Positions 47,777-58,691 are shown, counted from the first letter of the stretch. The stretch is DNA of 64,000 nucleotides from Methanothrix sp. (GCA_040770465.1 JAXGJB010000001.1:64001-128000); one strand, 5' to 3'. Notes: a model not told the origin generated them from the sequence alone. Numbers and translations: made by a program.

Positions 47777-48047
47777 TAATTACCTTCTGCTATTAAATGA
47801 CCGCTCGCCTTGCTGAAACCCAACCCAGCATCCAGTACCTCCGTACCCCTCGCCCAATCATCTCCAGCCAAGCCAGAGATTCCCGCGTCATCTGCAACTC
47901 GGCGACCTCGGGATGCAGATTTCTTCAAGGTGGTAAAGCAAGCCCAGTAAGGGGTTGGCAAGAGGCAAGCTTAGGCATCAAACCCGTGAAGGCACCATCA
48001 AAATAAGAGCTCGAAAAACTACCAACACGCCCAGACGGGTGATCTTC

Positions 48048-49463
48048 TCATTCGTCGATGTACTCGGTGATCTTCGTCTGCGCGAGGCGGCAGACCTCGC
48101 CGGGGATCTCGATGGGGTAGATTCCGGTGAGACAGCCCATGCAGAGCTGCTCCCTCGGGATTCCTATCGCCCGGACCAGACCTTCGTGGCTTATGTAGCC
48201 CAGGGAGTCGGCGTTGATCACCGCCTCCACCCCGGCGACGGTCTTGTGGGCTGCGATCAGCTCGTCCCTTGTGGCCATGTCGATCCCCATGTAGCAGGGG
48301 GCTACGATCGGGGGGCTTCCGATCCGGACGTGGACCTCCTTCGCCCCCGTTGACCTCACCATGTCCACGATCCGCCTGCTCGTCGTCCCCCGGACGATGC
48401 TGTCGTCGACCATGATGATCCTGTTCCCCTCGATGTTGGGGCGGATGGTGTTCATCTTCAGCTTCACCGCGATCTCCCTCAGCTCCTGGCCGGGCATGAT
48501 GAAGGTCCTGCCGATGTACCGGTTCTTCATCAGACACTCCCGGTACTTGATGTTCGACTTTTGGTGATAGCCGATGGCGAAGGTGATCCCCGAGTCGGGG
48601 ATCGGGGTCACGGTGTCCGCGTCCGACGGATGCTCCTCGGCGAGGATGGCACCGATCTTCACCCGGACGTCGTAGACGAGCTTCCCGTCCATGATGCTGT
48701 CGGGGCGCGCGAAGTAGATGTACTCAAAGACGCAGTGGGCCGGGCACTGGTTGTGGGTGAGCTGGTAGAACCGGACGTCTCCGTCCCTTGCGATCACCAT
48801 CTCGCCGGGCCGGACGTCCCTTACGAGCTTCCCGTTGAGGGTGTCGATGGCGGCGCTCTCGGAGGTGATGATGACGTCGGTCTCGGTCTTCCCGACGCAT
48901 AGAGGCTTGATCCCCAGGGGGTCCCTGACGGCGACGACGGTGTTTCCCACGAGGAGGACGATGGAGTACGACCCCACGGTCTTTCTCATGATCGTCCGGA
49001 CCGCCTCGGCGATATCCTCCTGCTCGAGCATCGATCGGACGAAGAGGCGGGCCATCACCTCGGTGTCCGAGGTGGAGTGAAATACCTCTCCCTCCGCCTC
49101 CAGCTCCTCTTTGAGCTTTCCGGCGTTGACGAGGTTTCCGTTGTGGGCGATGGCCACCGAGCTGTCCTTGTACTTGACTAAAATAGGTTGGCTGTTCTTG
49201 AGGGCTGACTCGCCGGTGGTGGAGTATCGGACGTGGCCGATCCCCGATGGCCCCTCCAGGGCGTCTATCCGGGCGTTGTTGAATACCTCGGCGACGAGCC
49301 CCATGGCCTTATGGGTCCGGACCACCTTTCCGTCGTAGACGGAGATTCCGGCCGACTCCTGGCCTCGATGTTGCAGGGCGTAAAGAGCGTAGTATATTGA
49401 CTTGGCCACGTTGCGACACGGATCTGCAGAGGAGATCCCCACCACGCCGCACTTGTCCTGCAA
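48048..49463 (-). CDS. purF: Amidophosphoribosyltransferase
   Basis: CGVVG, LQHRGQESAG, GHVRYST, CVFEYIYFARPDS, VDDSIVRGTT; GGAGGT SD before TTG at 49463. Confidence 0.96.
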   Translation of the reverse strand: MQDKCGVVGISSADPCRNVAKSIYYALYALQHRGQESAGISVYDGKVVRTHKAMGLVAEVFNNARIDALEGPSGIGHVRYSTTGESALKNSQPILVKYKDSSVAIAHNGNLVNAGKLKEELEAEGEVFHSTSDTEVMARLFVRSMLEQEDIAEAVRTIMRKTVGSYSIVLLVGNTVVAVRDPLGIKPLCVGKTETDVIITSESAAIDTLNGKLVRDVRPGEMVIARDGDVRFYQLTHNQCPAHCVFEYIYFARPDSIMDGKLVYDVRVKIGAILAEEHPSDADTVTPIPDSGITFAIGYHQKSNIKYRECLMKNRYIGRTFIMPGQELREIAVKLKMNTIRPNIEGNRIIMVDDSIVRGTTSRRIVDMVRSTGAKEVHVRIGSPPIVAPCYMGIDMATRDELIAAHKTVAGVEAVINADSLGYISHEGLVRAIGIPREQLCMGCLTGIYPIEIPGEVCRLAQTKITEYIDE

Positions 49464-49476
49464 CCCGGACCTCCAA

Positions 49477-49659
49477 TCAGTTTCCGCCGTAGTTGCTGCT
49501 GTATTTCTGCCAGACGTAGCCCCGCAGCCTCCTGGACCTTCCGAAGCCGCAGGATGCGCAGGTCTTTGTATGGAAGTTGAAGGATACCTTGCCACATCGA
49601 CGACACTTGACGTGGGTCTTCTTGTGGCGCCTTCCCATCGATGGGGTACCTTTTGTCAT
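49477..49659 (-). CDS. rpl37e: 50S ribosomal protein L37e
   Basis: MTKGTPSMG...CRRCG...CASCGFG. Confidence 0.95.
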   Translation of the reverse strand: MTKGTPSMGRRHKKTHVKCRRCGKVSFNFHTKTCASCGFGRSRRLRGYVWQKYSSNYGGN

Positions 49660-49669
49660 TTATAAAACC

Positions 49670-49888
49670 TCACGGTGAAATGTAAACTACGTTATCTCCT
49701 CGGACGACGACGGTTCCGAGCTTCTTGGAGTCTACACCCTCTCTTATCTCCTCGGTGTTGTCGAGGACCAGGTTCATGTGGATGTCATAACCCTGAAGCT
49801 CTCCTCGAAACGCCCTACCATCCTTGAGCTTGACTATCACGGGCCCGTTCAGCGATTCATTTAAAATATCAAGGGGTCTCTGAGCCAT
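49670..49888 (-). CDS. Sm-like (Lsm/SmAP1) RNA-binding protein
   Basis: RPLD...[10 protein letters not shown]...VRGDNV. Confidence 0.95.
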   Translation of the reverse strand: MAQRPLDILNESLNGPVIVKLKDGRAFRGELQGYDIHMNLVLDNTEEIREGVDSKKLGTVVVRGDNVVYISP

Positions 49889-49971
49889 CGGCCTCTCTCC
49901 AGTCGCGAATACAAAAGCTATGCCGAGACTTGCACGTTGCGTATTTAAACTTGTCGGGGTATATGGGAATT

Positions 49972-50451
49972 ATGAAAATCAAATCCAGGCACCACCTCAA
50001 GGGGAGCGAGTCGAAGAAGATCCTCAAGGCGATCGAGCCGTTCCTGGATGACCCCATGTCCTTGCGAGGGCTGGCTCTGGAGGTCGCCGAGACCGATCAG
50101 GACTTCGGCCTGATACTCTTGAAGGGGAGGCCTGTCTTCATGATGATCGAGGAGAGGCCCTTCTTCACCGTCCGCGGCGCCCTGGAGTTCGCGCCGAAGA
50201 AGAGCGTGGTGGTCGTGGACTCGGGCGCCGTCAGCTACATCGTCAACGGAGCCGACGTGATGGCCCCGGGGATCGTGGACGCCGACCCCGACATCGTGAC
50301 CGGAGATCCCGTGGTGATAGTCGAGGAGAGGCACAGAAAGCCCCTGGCCGTTGGGGTCGCCCTCCTCCCCGGCTCCGAGATGCGGGGATCGGGCAAAGCG
50401 GTCAAGTCGGTCCACCACGTCGGCGACGACCTCTGGGGTATGAGCGGATGA
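49972..50451 (+). CDS. PUA-domain RNA-binding protein (MCT-1/Tma20-like)
   Basis: VDSGAV...NGADVMAPGI, HHVGD. Confidence 0.9.
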   Translation: MKIKSRHHLKGSESKKILKAIEPFLDDPMSLRGLALEVAETDQDFGLILLKGRPVFMMIEERPFFTVRGALEFAPKKSVVVVDSGAVSYIVNGADVMAPGIVDADPDIVTGDPVVIVEERHRKPLAVGVALLPGSEMRGSGKAVKSVHHVGDDLWGMSG

Positions 50452-50690
50452 CTTCATCAGTTCCAGCAACCACCATGATAACTCGGACCAGCATTTCCGC
50501 ATACACATTCTTGAGATTCGACCCTCAGCATAGCGGAGAATCGTGAGCTAAGATCTCGGTGAGATCACCATGAGAACTGGAAGAATAACCATATCAGAAT
50601 ATTTTGCTCTTTTATCATCGACCACACTCTTCATCCACCCTCTGGCCAAGATCCTCCTGCCGGATGTGATGGCGTTGACGTCGTACGTCG

Positions 50691-51968
50691 TCAAACCGTC
50701 CCCGAAAACACAAACGCCCAGATCCCTCCGCCCACCAGAGCGCCGAAGAGGGTTGCAAAGAGGTTGACGCCGTTGTTGCTGAGGAGGCCCCGCGGTTGGA
50801 GGGTCGCCCCCAGGAGGCTGTCGAAGTTCGTCCCCAGAAATCCCCCCAGGACCGCGGCGGCCAGGCCGTCGTAACCGACCATGCCCGTCGCCACCGCCAG
50901 GACGCCGGTGAAGAGGGAGCCGAAGACGGAGGATGCCTCGCCAAGGAGGGTGACGCCGCCGTCGACGCCAGGCTCGACTTTTCGGAAGGTAGTGATCATC
51001 CTTGGTATCGATCTCGCCGTCTCGCCTATTTCACTTGCGAGAGTGTCTCCGGTGGCGGTGGCCACCGAGCCGAGGAAGGCGAAGACAAACAGGTCCGACC
51101 CGTAAACCCCGTAGAATACCGCCAGCGCCAGAGGGACGAGGCTGTTGCTGTAAACGTTCTTGTATCCCCGGACGCCCCCCCGAGACTGGGCGATCCTCAG
51201 CTCCTGCTTTCTCGCGTACTTGTACCTGGTGAAGCCGCTTCCCAGAAGGTAGAAGGAGAGGAGGAGGAGAAACCAGAAGATGTCTGCGAAGAAGATGACG
51301 AGGAGGCAGATTATGACCATGCTGAGGACCGCCTCGGCATCGGCCGCCTTCATCCGATAGGCTCCGACCCCCAGGGCCAGGGCGAAGACGTATATGCCAG
51401 CCATGTATTCAACTTCCGGAAGAGGATAGTCGAAGCTGAAGAGCCACATCACCATGCAGGAGCCGAAGGGGACGGCGAAGTCCCGCTCAGCCCTCCTCGA
51501 GGCGGAGTCGAGGAAGGCGCCGGCAAGCCCCCCAAGGGTCGCCAGAAAGAGGGTCCTCTCGGGCTCGATGCCGAAGGCGGCCGCCGCTATTGACGCGACT
51601 GATGCAAATGAGGCGGCTTCGCCGAGAACCGGCGGCATCGTCGTCCAGATGATGGCAAGACAGCCCAAGGCCGTCGTCGTCGCCAGATAGACGAGGCTCT
51701 TTGATAAATCCCGAAACCTCGAGGAGGCGAGGGCCCCGAAGGTGGGGGCGACGAAGGATACCGCCACCAGATAAAGGGGGAGCTTGAAGCTCGTCGGCTC
51801 AAGGCTCCAGCTCAGAAGGAAGAGGAAGGCTAGGGAAGCGACGAGGACCCGAATCCTCCGCTCTGCAAGGAATATGGCAAAAAGGGCGAGGATGGAAAAA
51901 AACCCGGCGTAAGGAAATAGCAGAACCGTCATCCCCACGCACGCCCTCGCCACGCCCTCTCTCTTCAT
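50691..51968 (-). CDS. DUF92 (TMEM19/VTE6-like) membrane protein
   Basis: GGVRGYKNV, ATGDTLASEIG, ITT..VEPGVDGGVT, DSLLGATLQ, NNGVN. Confidence 0.87.
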   Translation of the reverse strand: MKREGVARACVGMTVLLFPYAGFFSILALFAIFLAERRIRVLVASLAFLFLLSWSLEPTSFKLPLYLVAVSFVAPTFGALASSRFRDLSKSLVYLATTTALGCLAIIWTTMPPVLGEAASFASVASIAAAAFGIEPERTLFLATLGGLAGAFLDSASRRAERDFAVPFGSCMVMWLFSFDYPLPEVEYMAGIYVFALALGVGAYRMKAADAEAVLSMVIICLLVIFFADIFWFLLLLSFYLLGSGFTRYKYARKQELRIAQSRGGVRGYKNVYSNSLVPLALAVFYGVYGSDLFVFAFLGSVATATGDTLASEIGETARSIPRMITTFRKVEPGVDGGVTLLGEASSVFGSLFTGVLAVATGMVGYDGLAAAVLGGFLGTNFDSLLGATLQPRGLLSNNGVNLFATLFGALVGGGIWAFVFSGTV

Positions 51969-51978
51969 CGACCGCTAA

Positions 51979-52656
51979 ATGAAGCCTATCGCAAAAATAC
52001 TTTCTCTCGACGGAACCGTCCAGGGGGGGCCGATGTTCGACCGCGCGCGCGAAAAGATGCTGGAGAAGGAGATCAGAAAAGACGAGGTACCAACCTCCAT
52101 AGCCGTCATCATCTCCTCAAAGGCGATATCCCCCCGGTGGTGGAGGAGGGTCGGCGATGTGGCAGGCTGGTGCACAACCCTCGGGATCCGCGAGGCAACC
52201 ATCTTCCCGGAGCTGGATGGGGAAGGGCGGCTCGACGACGTCGCCCGAGAGGTGGCTGAAGAGCTCTCGGCGCTCCCGGCGAATGGCCGCCTTATCTTCG
52301 GAGATGTTGAGACCTCATTTGGGAAGGGAGGTCCTCTGGACCTCGCGATATCCATCGGCCGCGGCGGAAAGGAGGAGGTGACCGAGGCGATACGATCCCT
52401 TCTTGAAGACGTAAAATCCGGGCTAGTCGACCCCGAGGAGATCGACGAGGCCGCCATCGAGGCGAAGCTCCAGATAAATCAGAGGCCAGACCTTATGATA
52501 AGGCTCGGAGATCGAGAGCTGAGCGACTTCATGATATGGCAGTCGACCTACTCCGAGCTCTACTTCATCGACCGGTCCTGGGACCGGCTGAAGAAGGCCG
52601 ACTTTCTTTCGGCCGTCAGGGATTACCAGAGGAGAGAGAGGAGGTTTGGGAGATGA
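51979..52656 (+). CDS. cis-prenyltransferase-like protein (UppS fold, degenerate active site)
   Basis: GRGGKEE, PDLMIR, LSDFMIWQSTYSELYF, RRFGR; the true start may be 52033. Confidence 0.82.
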   Translation: MKPIAKILSLDGTVQGGPMFDRAREKMLEKEIRKDEVPTSIAVIISSKAISPRWWRRVGDVAGWCTTLGIREATIFPELDGEGRLDDVAREVAEELSALPANGRLIFGDVETSFGKGGPLDLAISIGRGGKEEVTEAIRSLLEDVKSGLVDPEEIDEAAIEAKLQINQRPDLMIRLGDRELSDFMIWQSTYSELYFIDRSWDRLKKADFLSAVRDYQRRERRFGR

Positions 52657-53295
52657 TCAGCCCTCTTTCGTCGGAGAGAAGGGGACGGAGCTGAGGTACT
52701 CGGCGGGGACGTTCTCCGAGATGACGATCTGATCGCTCACCGTCATCATCTTCACCCCCGCCCTCTGGGCGGCCTCGGCGTCGACTTTGATGACCCGGGG
52801 GCTGTTCGTCCTGAAGGTGCCGACGTACCACGCCTTCTCCGGGGTCGTGGAGAGGTGGACGTACCTCTGGGTCGCCGACTTAAGCCCCACCTCCAGGATC
52901 CTGTCGGCCTCCTCCTCGTTCGCCCCGTAGTAGAGGGCTGCCAAGTCGTTTTTGGGGTAGTCGAGGGCGACATCCACCGAATGTCCGTACTTCGCCCTGA
53001 TCTTCCCCTCCCTGATCTCGTACCTCTCCTTGGGGTCGGACTGGACCAGGGCGATCACCATCCTTTTATTTGCCCACCGGTACCTGGTCCCGATAGCCTC
53101 TGTGAGGTCGTCCAGATCCACCCACCCACGGGAGTTCATGTCCAGCCCCAGATCGTCGGGGAAGTGTCTGAGGGCGCCGGCCACCAGCCTGCCGAGCTTC
53201 TCGCTTCTCTCCTCTTCGAGGACGATCTGACCGGCGTTGCCACAAACGCACCGCTCCCCCCGGAAAAATCCGTGTTCTGGACATCTCTTGATCAC
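52657..53295 (-). CDS. kptA: RNA 2'-phosphotransferase (Tpt1/KptA)
   Basis: N-terminal Zn-ribbon, LRH, KERYE, IRAKYGHS, YVHLS. Confidence 0.9.
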   Translation of the reverse strand: MIKRCPEHGFFRGERCVCGNAGQIVLEEERSEKLGRLVAGALRHFPDDLGLDMNSRGWVDLDDLTEAIGTRYRWANKRMVIALVQSDPKERYEIREGKIRAKYGHSVDVALDYPKNDLAALYYGANEEEADRILEVGLKSATQRYVHLSTTPEKAWYVGTFRTNSPRVIKVDAEAAQRAGVKMMTVSDQIVISENVPAEYLSSVPFSPTKEG

Positions 53296-53537
53296 GATTA
53301 TCGCCTCCGGCTGAAATTAAAGTCGTCTTACAGATAGATATAGCTGACTCCAGAACGAAACCTTGACTCACCGCCAGCGGCAGGCCGAATCTTGGGAGTC
53401 CAGACGCGCAGCAGCTCTCTTTACCTCCATTCCCTGCTCTTTTTTCCTCTCTCAGTCTTCCGGTTATTCGCAGGTCAAGGGAAATTTCAGGATGGAGGGC
53501 AAAGCCTGAAATAGAATTTGATCCCTGAGATCTGGCC

Positions 53538-53753
53538 ATGCTGGACTTGGACAAGATCGAGAGAGTGCTTAGTTGCGGTGACCTTCTTGATCTGGACGAA
53601 GAAGAGCTCTCCCTCGATCGGGAGACCTTTCTCCAGGCGATGAAAGAGAGGGATCGCCAGATATCCGAGACCCTGGAGACCCTTCTGGCCGAGGTGGAGG
53701 AGCTGATCGCCCTCTCCGACGAGCTGGAATCCGAGGACGAGATCTGCAGGTGA
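53538..53753 (+). CDS. Small acidic hypothetical protein
   Basis: 71-aa ORF with host codon usage, 6 bp upstream of mptA. Confidence 0.65.
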   Translation: MLDLDKIERVLSCGDLLDLDEEELSLDRETFLQAMKERDRQISETLETLLAEVEELIALSDELESEDEICR

Positions 53754-53759
53754 TGCCCT

Positions 53760-54734
53760 TTGGAGACGCTGCCAGACGTTCAGGCCTGCCAGCCCGAGTA
53801 CCCCATAAACCTAACCCGGGTAGGGCTCACCGGCGTCAAGAAGCTGGTTAAGGTCCTCCGGGAGGACGAGGAGCGGCCGATAGTCCTCATCTCCAACTTC
53901 GAGGTCTTCGTCGACCTCCCATCCGACCGGAAGGGGGCGAACCTATCTCGAAACTTTGAGGTGATAGACGAGGTGCTGGAGGAGGCCGTAAACGAGCCGG
54001 TCTACGTAATCGAGGAGCTCTGCGGCGAGATCGCCCGCCGGGTCCTCTCAAAGCACGAGTACGCCACACGGGCCGAGGTGAAGATGAAGAGCGAGTACAT
54101 CGTCGAGAGGAGCTCGCCCGTCACCAAGACCGCGGGCCAGGAGGTGGTGGACATCTTCGCCGAGGCGGTGGCGCGGGCTGGCCACGTGAGAAAGCTGGTG
54201 GGCGCGGAGGTGGTGGGGATGACCGCCTGCCCCTGCGCCCAGGAGATCATGAGAGACCAGGTCCGAAAGGAGCTATCAACCCTGGGGCTCAGCCCCGAAG
54301 AGGCCTTCGAGTTCGCCGCAAAACTTCCAGTCGCCACCCACAACCAGCGCGGCCGAGGGATGATATCGATCCAGGTCTGCGACCGCCGCTGCGTATCCCT
54401 GGACGACATAATCAAGATCATCGAGAGGTCGATGAGCTCCCGGGTCTTTGGCCTTCTCAAGCGCCCCGACGAGGCCCTGGTGGTCCAAAGGGCCCACAGC
54501 AACCCCAAGTTCGTAGAGGACTGCGTGCGGACGATGGCCCAGAAGTTGGTGGAATCCTTCAAAGACCTTCCCGACGACGCCGTCGTCGTCCTCAAACAGG
54601 TGAACGAGGAGAGCATCCACCAGCACAACGCCTTCGCCGAGAGGAGCGCCACCATGGGGGAGCTCCGGGCGGAGCTGGGGGCCGAGGACCTCAACAGCAC
54701 CAGCACCAGCGCCATCGAGGTGCCGAAGAAATGA
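53760..54734 (+). CDS. mptA: GTP cyclohydrolase IV (methanopterin biosynthesis)
   Basis: [46 protein letters not shown]. Confidence 0.93.
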   Translation: METLPDVQACQPEYPINLTRVGLTGVKKLVKVLREDEERPIVLISNFEVFVDLPSDRKGANLSRNFEVIDEVLEEAVNEPVYVIEELCGEIARRVLSKHEYATRAEVKMKSEYIVERSSPVTKTAGQEVVDIFAEAVARAGHVRKLVGAEVVGMTACPCAQEIMRDQVRKELSTLGLSPEEAFEFAAKLPVATHNQRGRGMISIQVCDRRCVSLDDIIKIIERSMSSRVFGLLKRPDEALVVQRAHSNPKFVEDCVRTMAQKLVESFKDLPDDAVVVLKQVNEESIHQHNAFAERSATMGELRAELGAEDLNSTSTSAIEVPKK

Positions 54735-55498
54735 CCGAAAAGAAGATCGAGTTCATAGGAAGCTGCCTCTCCGACCTCCTGACAGAAAAGGAGATCATCG
54801 CCAGGTACGAGCTTCTCCAGCGGGTCTACGACTGCGTCAGGAGGGCGGACCTCTCCCCCGAAGAGAAGGTGGAATTGAAGAAGACCCTGGGCAAAAAGAA
54901 CGTCGCTTCGGGAATATTCTTCAACCTCCTCTCCGGCGAGCCGATCTTCATCAACCTTCCGAAGCTTGACAGCGTGATAAAGATCAACGATAGGATGTTC
55001 CACTTCGTCCACACCGGGAATTACGCAGACCCCGACTTCGCACGAGCCTTCAATCAGTTCAAAGACTCCGAGAAAGAGATCGAGGAGCTGGTGCGGCTTA
55101 ACCTCAAAGACCTCGTGGCCGAGTTCATGGCGGGGGCGGGCTACGCCGTCGCCGACGGCTCCTCAGGGTCGGGGATGCTCACCTTCGCGGGCCCCGAGGG
55201 CAAGAGGCTCGACTTCTGGATATTCTCATCGATCGAGGATGTGGAGCTGGTGGAGGGGATGGGGGGGTCTGTCGTCATCGTCCCCCACGCCGAGAGCCCC
55301 GGCCCCTTCATCGCCTTCTTCCGAGAGAGAGGGAAGGAGGCGGAGCTGGCCGAGATCAAGGTCTGGGTCGCCAACATGGAGCAGGGGACGATCGACCCCT
55401 TCATAGGCTACCCAAAAGACCTCGCCATCTACAAGCAGTTCAACAACCCGCGGATGGCGATGATGGTCAAGACGAACTGGGGCCGGAGGATGGAGTAA
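54731..55498 (+). CDS. Conserved hypothetical protein
   Basis: 255-aa ORF overlapping the mptA stop; host codon usage; IDPFIGYP motif. Confidence 0.75.
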   Translation: MTEKKIEFIGSCLSDLLTEKEIIARYELLQRVYDCVRRADLSPEEKVELKKTLGKKNVASGIFFNLLSGEPIFINLPKLDSVIKINDRMFHFVHTGNYADPDFARAFNQFKDSEKEIEELVRLNLKDLVAEFMAGAGYAVADGSSGSGMLTFAGPEGKRLDFWIFSSIEDVELVEGMGGSVVIVPHAESPGPFIAFFRERGKEAELAEIKVWVANMEQGTIDPFIGYPKDLAIYKQFNNPRMAMMVKTNWGRRME

Positions 55499-55634
55499 AG
55501 ACCGAGGTCGGCGTCGCCCTCCTCCTCCGATCGAGGATTGAAAATAGATCGACGTAGATCGACGACGAAGACCAAAGATGAAACATGTGATTGTCGCCGA
55601 GGAAAACTCCTCGGCCTCTTATAAATCGAGCCTT

Positions 55635-56771
55635 TCACCCCAGCATCTTCCCCATCCTCTCCAGAGCCTGCTGGAGCCTCTCCCGCGAGGCGGCGTAAGA
55701 GATCCGGACGTGATCGACTCCGCCCGGTCCGAAGGCCGAGCCGGGGGTGGCCGCCAGCATCGCCTCCGAGAGCATCCTCTCGGCGAACCTGTCCCCGCCT
55801 CCGACCTCCGAGACGTCGGGGAAGACGTAGAAGGCGCCGCCGGGAAGAGGGCATCGAATGCCGATCTCCGCGAGCCCCGCGACGAGCAGGTCCCGCCGGG
55901 CCTGAAACTCGGCCACCATCGCTCTGATGCTCTCCTGGGGGCCCTTGAGCGCCTCGATCCCCGCCCACTGGACGAAGGTGGTGGCGTGAGAGACGGAGTG
56001 GGAGAGGATCCTGTTCACCCACGCCATCATCTCCTGGGGTCCTGTCAGGTAGCCGAGCCGCCAGCCGGTCATGGCGTAGCACTTGGAGAAGCCGTTGACG
56101 GTGACGGTCCGGTTCTCCATCCCAGGAAGCGACCCGATGCTGAGGTGCTCCTGGCCGTAGATGATCTTCTCATAGATCTCGTCGGATAGTACCAAAAGGT
56201 CGTGGTCGACGGCCAGGTCCCTAATCTCCTCGAGGATCGACCTATCGAAGACGGCGCCGGTGGGGTTTGAGGGGGAGTTGACCAGGATCATCTTCGTCCT
56301 GGAGTTGATGGAATCCGCCAGGCTGACGGGCTCAAATTCATCGTCCACCTCGGCCCATCGGACCCTCCCTCCGGCGAAGTTGACGCATGGCTCGTAGCTG
56401 ACCCAGGAGGGTCCGATGAGGACGCACTCGTCCCCCTCGTCCAGAAGCGCCTGCATCGCGGCGAAGATCGCCATCTTCGCCCCCGGGACGACGGATACGA
56501 GGTCCGGTGATACCTCGATCCCGTTCTCGTTGTAGAGCTTCTCCGCGATCGCCGTCCGGAGCTCCGGGATCCCGCTGGTGGGGAGATAGTGGGTGTCACC
56601 CCTCTGGATAGAAGTGATGGCGGCATCGCAGATGTTCTTGGGCGTATCGAAGTCGGGCTCTCCCACCCCCAGGTCGATGACGTCAAGCCCGGCGGCGTTC
56701 AGCTTCTTGGCCATCGCCGAGATCTTCATGGTGGTGGACTCGGGGATCGAGGCGAGTCTCTCTGATACCAA
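55635..56771 (-). CDS. PLP-dependent aminotransferase class I/II (aspartate aminotransferase-like)
   Basis: GEPDF, NSPSNPTG, SDEIY, GFSKCYAMTGWRLG. Confidence 0.93.
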   Translation of the reverse strand: MVSERLASIPESTTMKISAMAKKLNAAGLDVIDLGVGEPDFDTPKNICDAAITSIQRGDTHYLPTSGIPELRTAIAEKLYNENGIEVSPDLVSVVPGAKMAIFAAMQALLDEGDECVLIGPSWVSYEPCVNFAGGRVRWAEVDDEFEPVSLADSINSRTKMILVNSPSNPTGAVFDRSILEEIRDLAVDHDLLVLSDEIYEKIIYGQEHLSIGSLPGMENRTVTVNGFSKCYAMTGWRLGYLTGPQEMMAWVNRILSHSVSHATTFVQWAGIEALKGPQESIRAMVAEFQARRDLLVAGLAEIGIRCPLPGGAFYVFPDVSEVGGGDRFAERMLSEAMLAATPGSAFGPGGVDHVRISYAASRERLQQALERMGKMLG

Positions 56772-56773
56772 AT

Positions 56774-57184
56774 CTAATCACCCTTCAGCCTTTTGACCAT
56801 CTTGACCGCGGCCTCCACGGCCCGCTTGGAGTAGTCTATGCGACGATGCGCGTCCATCCTGGACATCTTGGGGCCGGAGATCCCCAGGGTGACGGGCTTG
56901 TCGAACTCCAGGGCCAGGTCCATGATCTTCCGCGAAGCCTGCTGGGCCACGATCTCGTCGTGGCCGGTCTCGCCCTGGATGACGCAGCCGATGGTCACCA
57001 CGGCGTCGACGTCGTCGCGGGCGATCAGCTTTTTTACGGCGAGAGGCATGTCGTAGACTCCAGGTACCAGAAGCGTAACTGGGACCTCTGCGCCCAGAAA
57101 TTCCGCATGTTCTCGCCCCAGGATCTCCATCTGGTATGTGATATCCCGGTTGAACTCTGCGACCACAAAACCAAGTTTTATCAT
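56774..57184 (-). CDS. ribH: 6,7-dimethyl-8-ribityllumazine synthase
   Basis: [24 protein letters not shown]; ATG at 57184. Confidence 0.94.
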   Translation of the reverse strand: MIKLGFVVAEFNRDITYQMEILGREHAEFLGAEVPVTLLVPGVYDMPLAVKKLIARDDVDAVVTIGCVIQGETGHDEIVAQQASRKIMDLALEFDKPVTLGISGPKMSRMDAHRRIDYSKRAVEAAVKMVKRLKGD

Positions 57185-57346
57185 AAATTCAACACCGCCA
57201 GAGAGGGTGGGTAGCTTCTTAAGCTCGGCGCATTTTGCGCTAATAAAACCATCGATCGGTGGTGGCATAATTCTCGGAGCCAAAACCTATCGAAGGGTCA
57301 AAACCCATTTATTCTTTGCCAATTTATCCGGGCTGGTGGATGCCTT

Positions 57347-58213
57347 ATGAATTGGGTTTACCTGGATGGGAAGTTCGTTCCCGCTGAAGAGGCGGCGGTC
57401 TCGGTTTACGATCACGGCCTTCTGTACGGCGACGGGGTCTTTGAGGGGATAAGGGCCTACAACGGCAGGGTCTTCAGGCTGGAGGAGCACGTCAAGAGGC
57501 TTTACGACTCCGCCAAGGCGATCATGCTGGAGATACCCATGAGCCAGGAGGAGATGTGCGATGCGATCCGGGAGACGCTCAGAAAGAACGGCCTCACCGA
57601 CGCCTACATCCGACCCCTGGTCACACGAGGCGTCGGAGACCTGGGGCTTGACCCAAGGAAGTGCGCAAAGCCGACGGTTATGATCATCTCTCAGAAGTGG
57701 GACGCCATGTACGGAGACCTCTACGAGGTCGGCCTCACCGCCGTCACCGTCACCGTCCGGAGAAACTCGTCGGCGGCGCTCCCACCAAACATCAAGTCCC
57801 TCAACTACCTCAACAACATCCTCGCCAAGATCGAGGCGAACGTCAAGGGCGGAAACGAGGCGATCTTCCTGGACGATGCCGGGAACGTCTCCGAGGGGAG
57901 CGGCGACAACATCTTCGTCGTCAAGGACGGGAAGATATTCACCCCCCACACCTTGAACAACCTCAAGGGGATAACCAGGATCGCCGTCATCGAGGTCGCC
58001 CTGGCCCGGGGGTACGAGATGAAGGACGTCCACCTGGGGATCTTCGACCTCTACACCGCCGACGAGATCTTCGTCACGGGGACGGCGGCGGAGGTCGCTC
58101 CGGTCACCAGGATCGACGGCAGGGTGATAAGCGGCGGAAAGCCCGGCCCGGTCACCAGAGATATCATCGAGGGCTTCAAAGAGATGACGGAAACGACGGG
58201 AACTCCCATCTGA
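57347..58213 (+). CDS. ilvE: Branched-chain amino acid aminotransferase
   Basis: [39 protein letters not shown]. Confidence 0.95.
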   Translation: MNWVYLDGKFVPAEEAAVSVYDHGLLYGDGVFEGIRAYNGRVFRLEEHVKRLYDSAKAIMLEIPMSQEEMCDAIRETLRKNGLTDAYIRPLVTRGVGDLGLDPRKCAKPTVMIISQKWDAMYGDLYEVGLTAVTVTVRRNSSAALPPNIKSLNYLNNILAKIEANVKGGNEAIFLDDAGNVSEGSGDNIFVVKDGKIFTPHTLNNLKGITRIAVIEVALARGYEMKDVHLGIFDLYTADEIFVTGTAAEVAPVTRIDGRVISGGKPGPVTRDIIEGFKEMTETTGTPI

Positions 58214-58289
58214 ACTCTCCCGATCCATCAGAAACGACGCGGACGGCCTGAACTTCCTGGACGAAAAGAAAACCGGAATGGGAGGATCT

Positions 58290-58691
58290 TCAGGATGGAA
58301 CGACCTTGATGAGGACGTTCCTCCTCCGGGGGCCGTCCAGCTCGACGAAGAGGACCCTCTGCCAGGTTCCCATGACCAGGCATCCCTCCTCGATCGGAAT
58401 CGTCTGACAACTTCCCAAAAGGACGGCCTGGAGGTGGGCGTGGGCGTTGTCGTCGATCCTGTCGTGGAGGTACCCGTCCCCGGGCGGCGCGAGGGACGAG
58501 AGCCTCCGGATCAGATCCTGAACAAGGCCGCTCTCCGACTCGTTGATCACGATCCCCGTGGTGGTGTGGAGGGTGTAGACGAGGCAGATCCCCTCAACAA
58601 CGCCGCTATCCGCCACGGCTCCGTTAACCTGATCGGTTATGTCTACGACCTGAACCGGCTTTTCCGTCTTTATCTCCAGCAGATGAATCAC
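58290..58691 (-). CDS. YjbQ/UPF0047 family protein
   Basis: HTTTGIVINE, HD...NAHAHL, GTWQ...ELDGPR. Confidence 0.92.
   Translation of the reverse strand: MIHLLEIKTEKPVQVVDITDQVNGAVADSGVVEGICLVYTLHTTTGIVINESESGLVQDLIRRLSSLAPPGDGYLHDRIDDNAHAHLQAVLLGSCQTIPIEEGCLVMGTWQRVLFVELDGPRRRNVLIKVVPS

Larger units (their letters stand above)
45700..47800. mobile_element. Low-GC horizontally acquired restriction-modification island (boundaries approximate)
   Basis: Abrupt AT-rich stretch between two host genes; no integrase or terminal repeats recognised. Confidence 0.6.

Noticed and set aside
47790-48020. Gene remnant or IS end at the right flank of the R-M island
   Set aside because: Only short ORFs with a weak HPEVA resemblance to TPRs; I found no terminal inverted repeats or target duplication.
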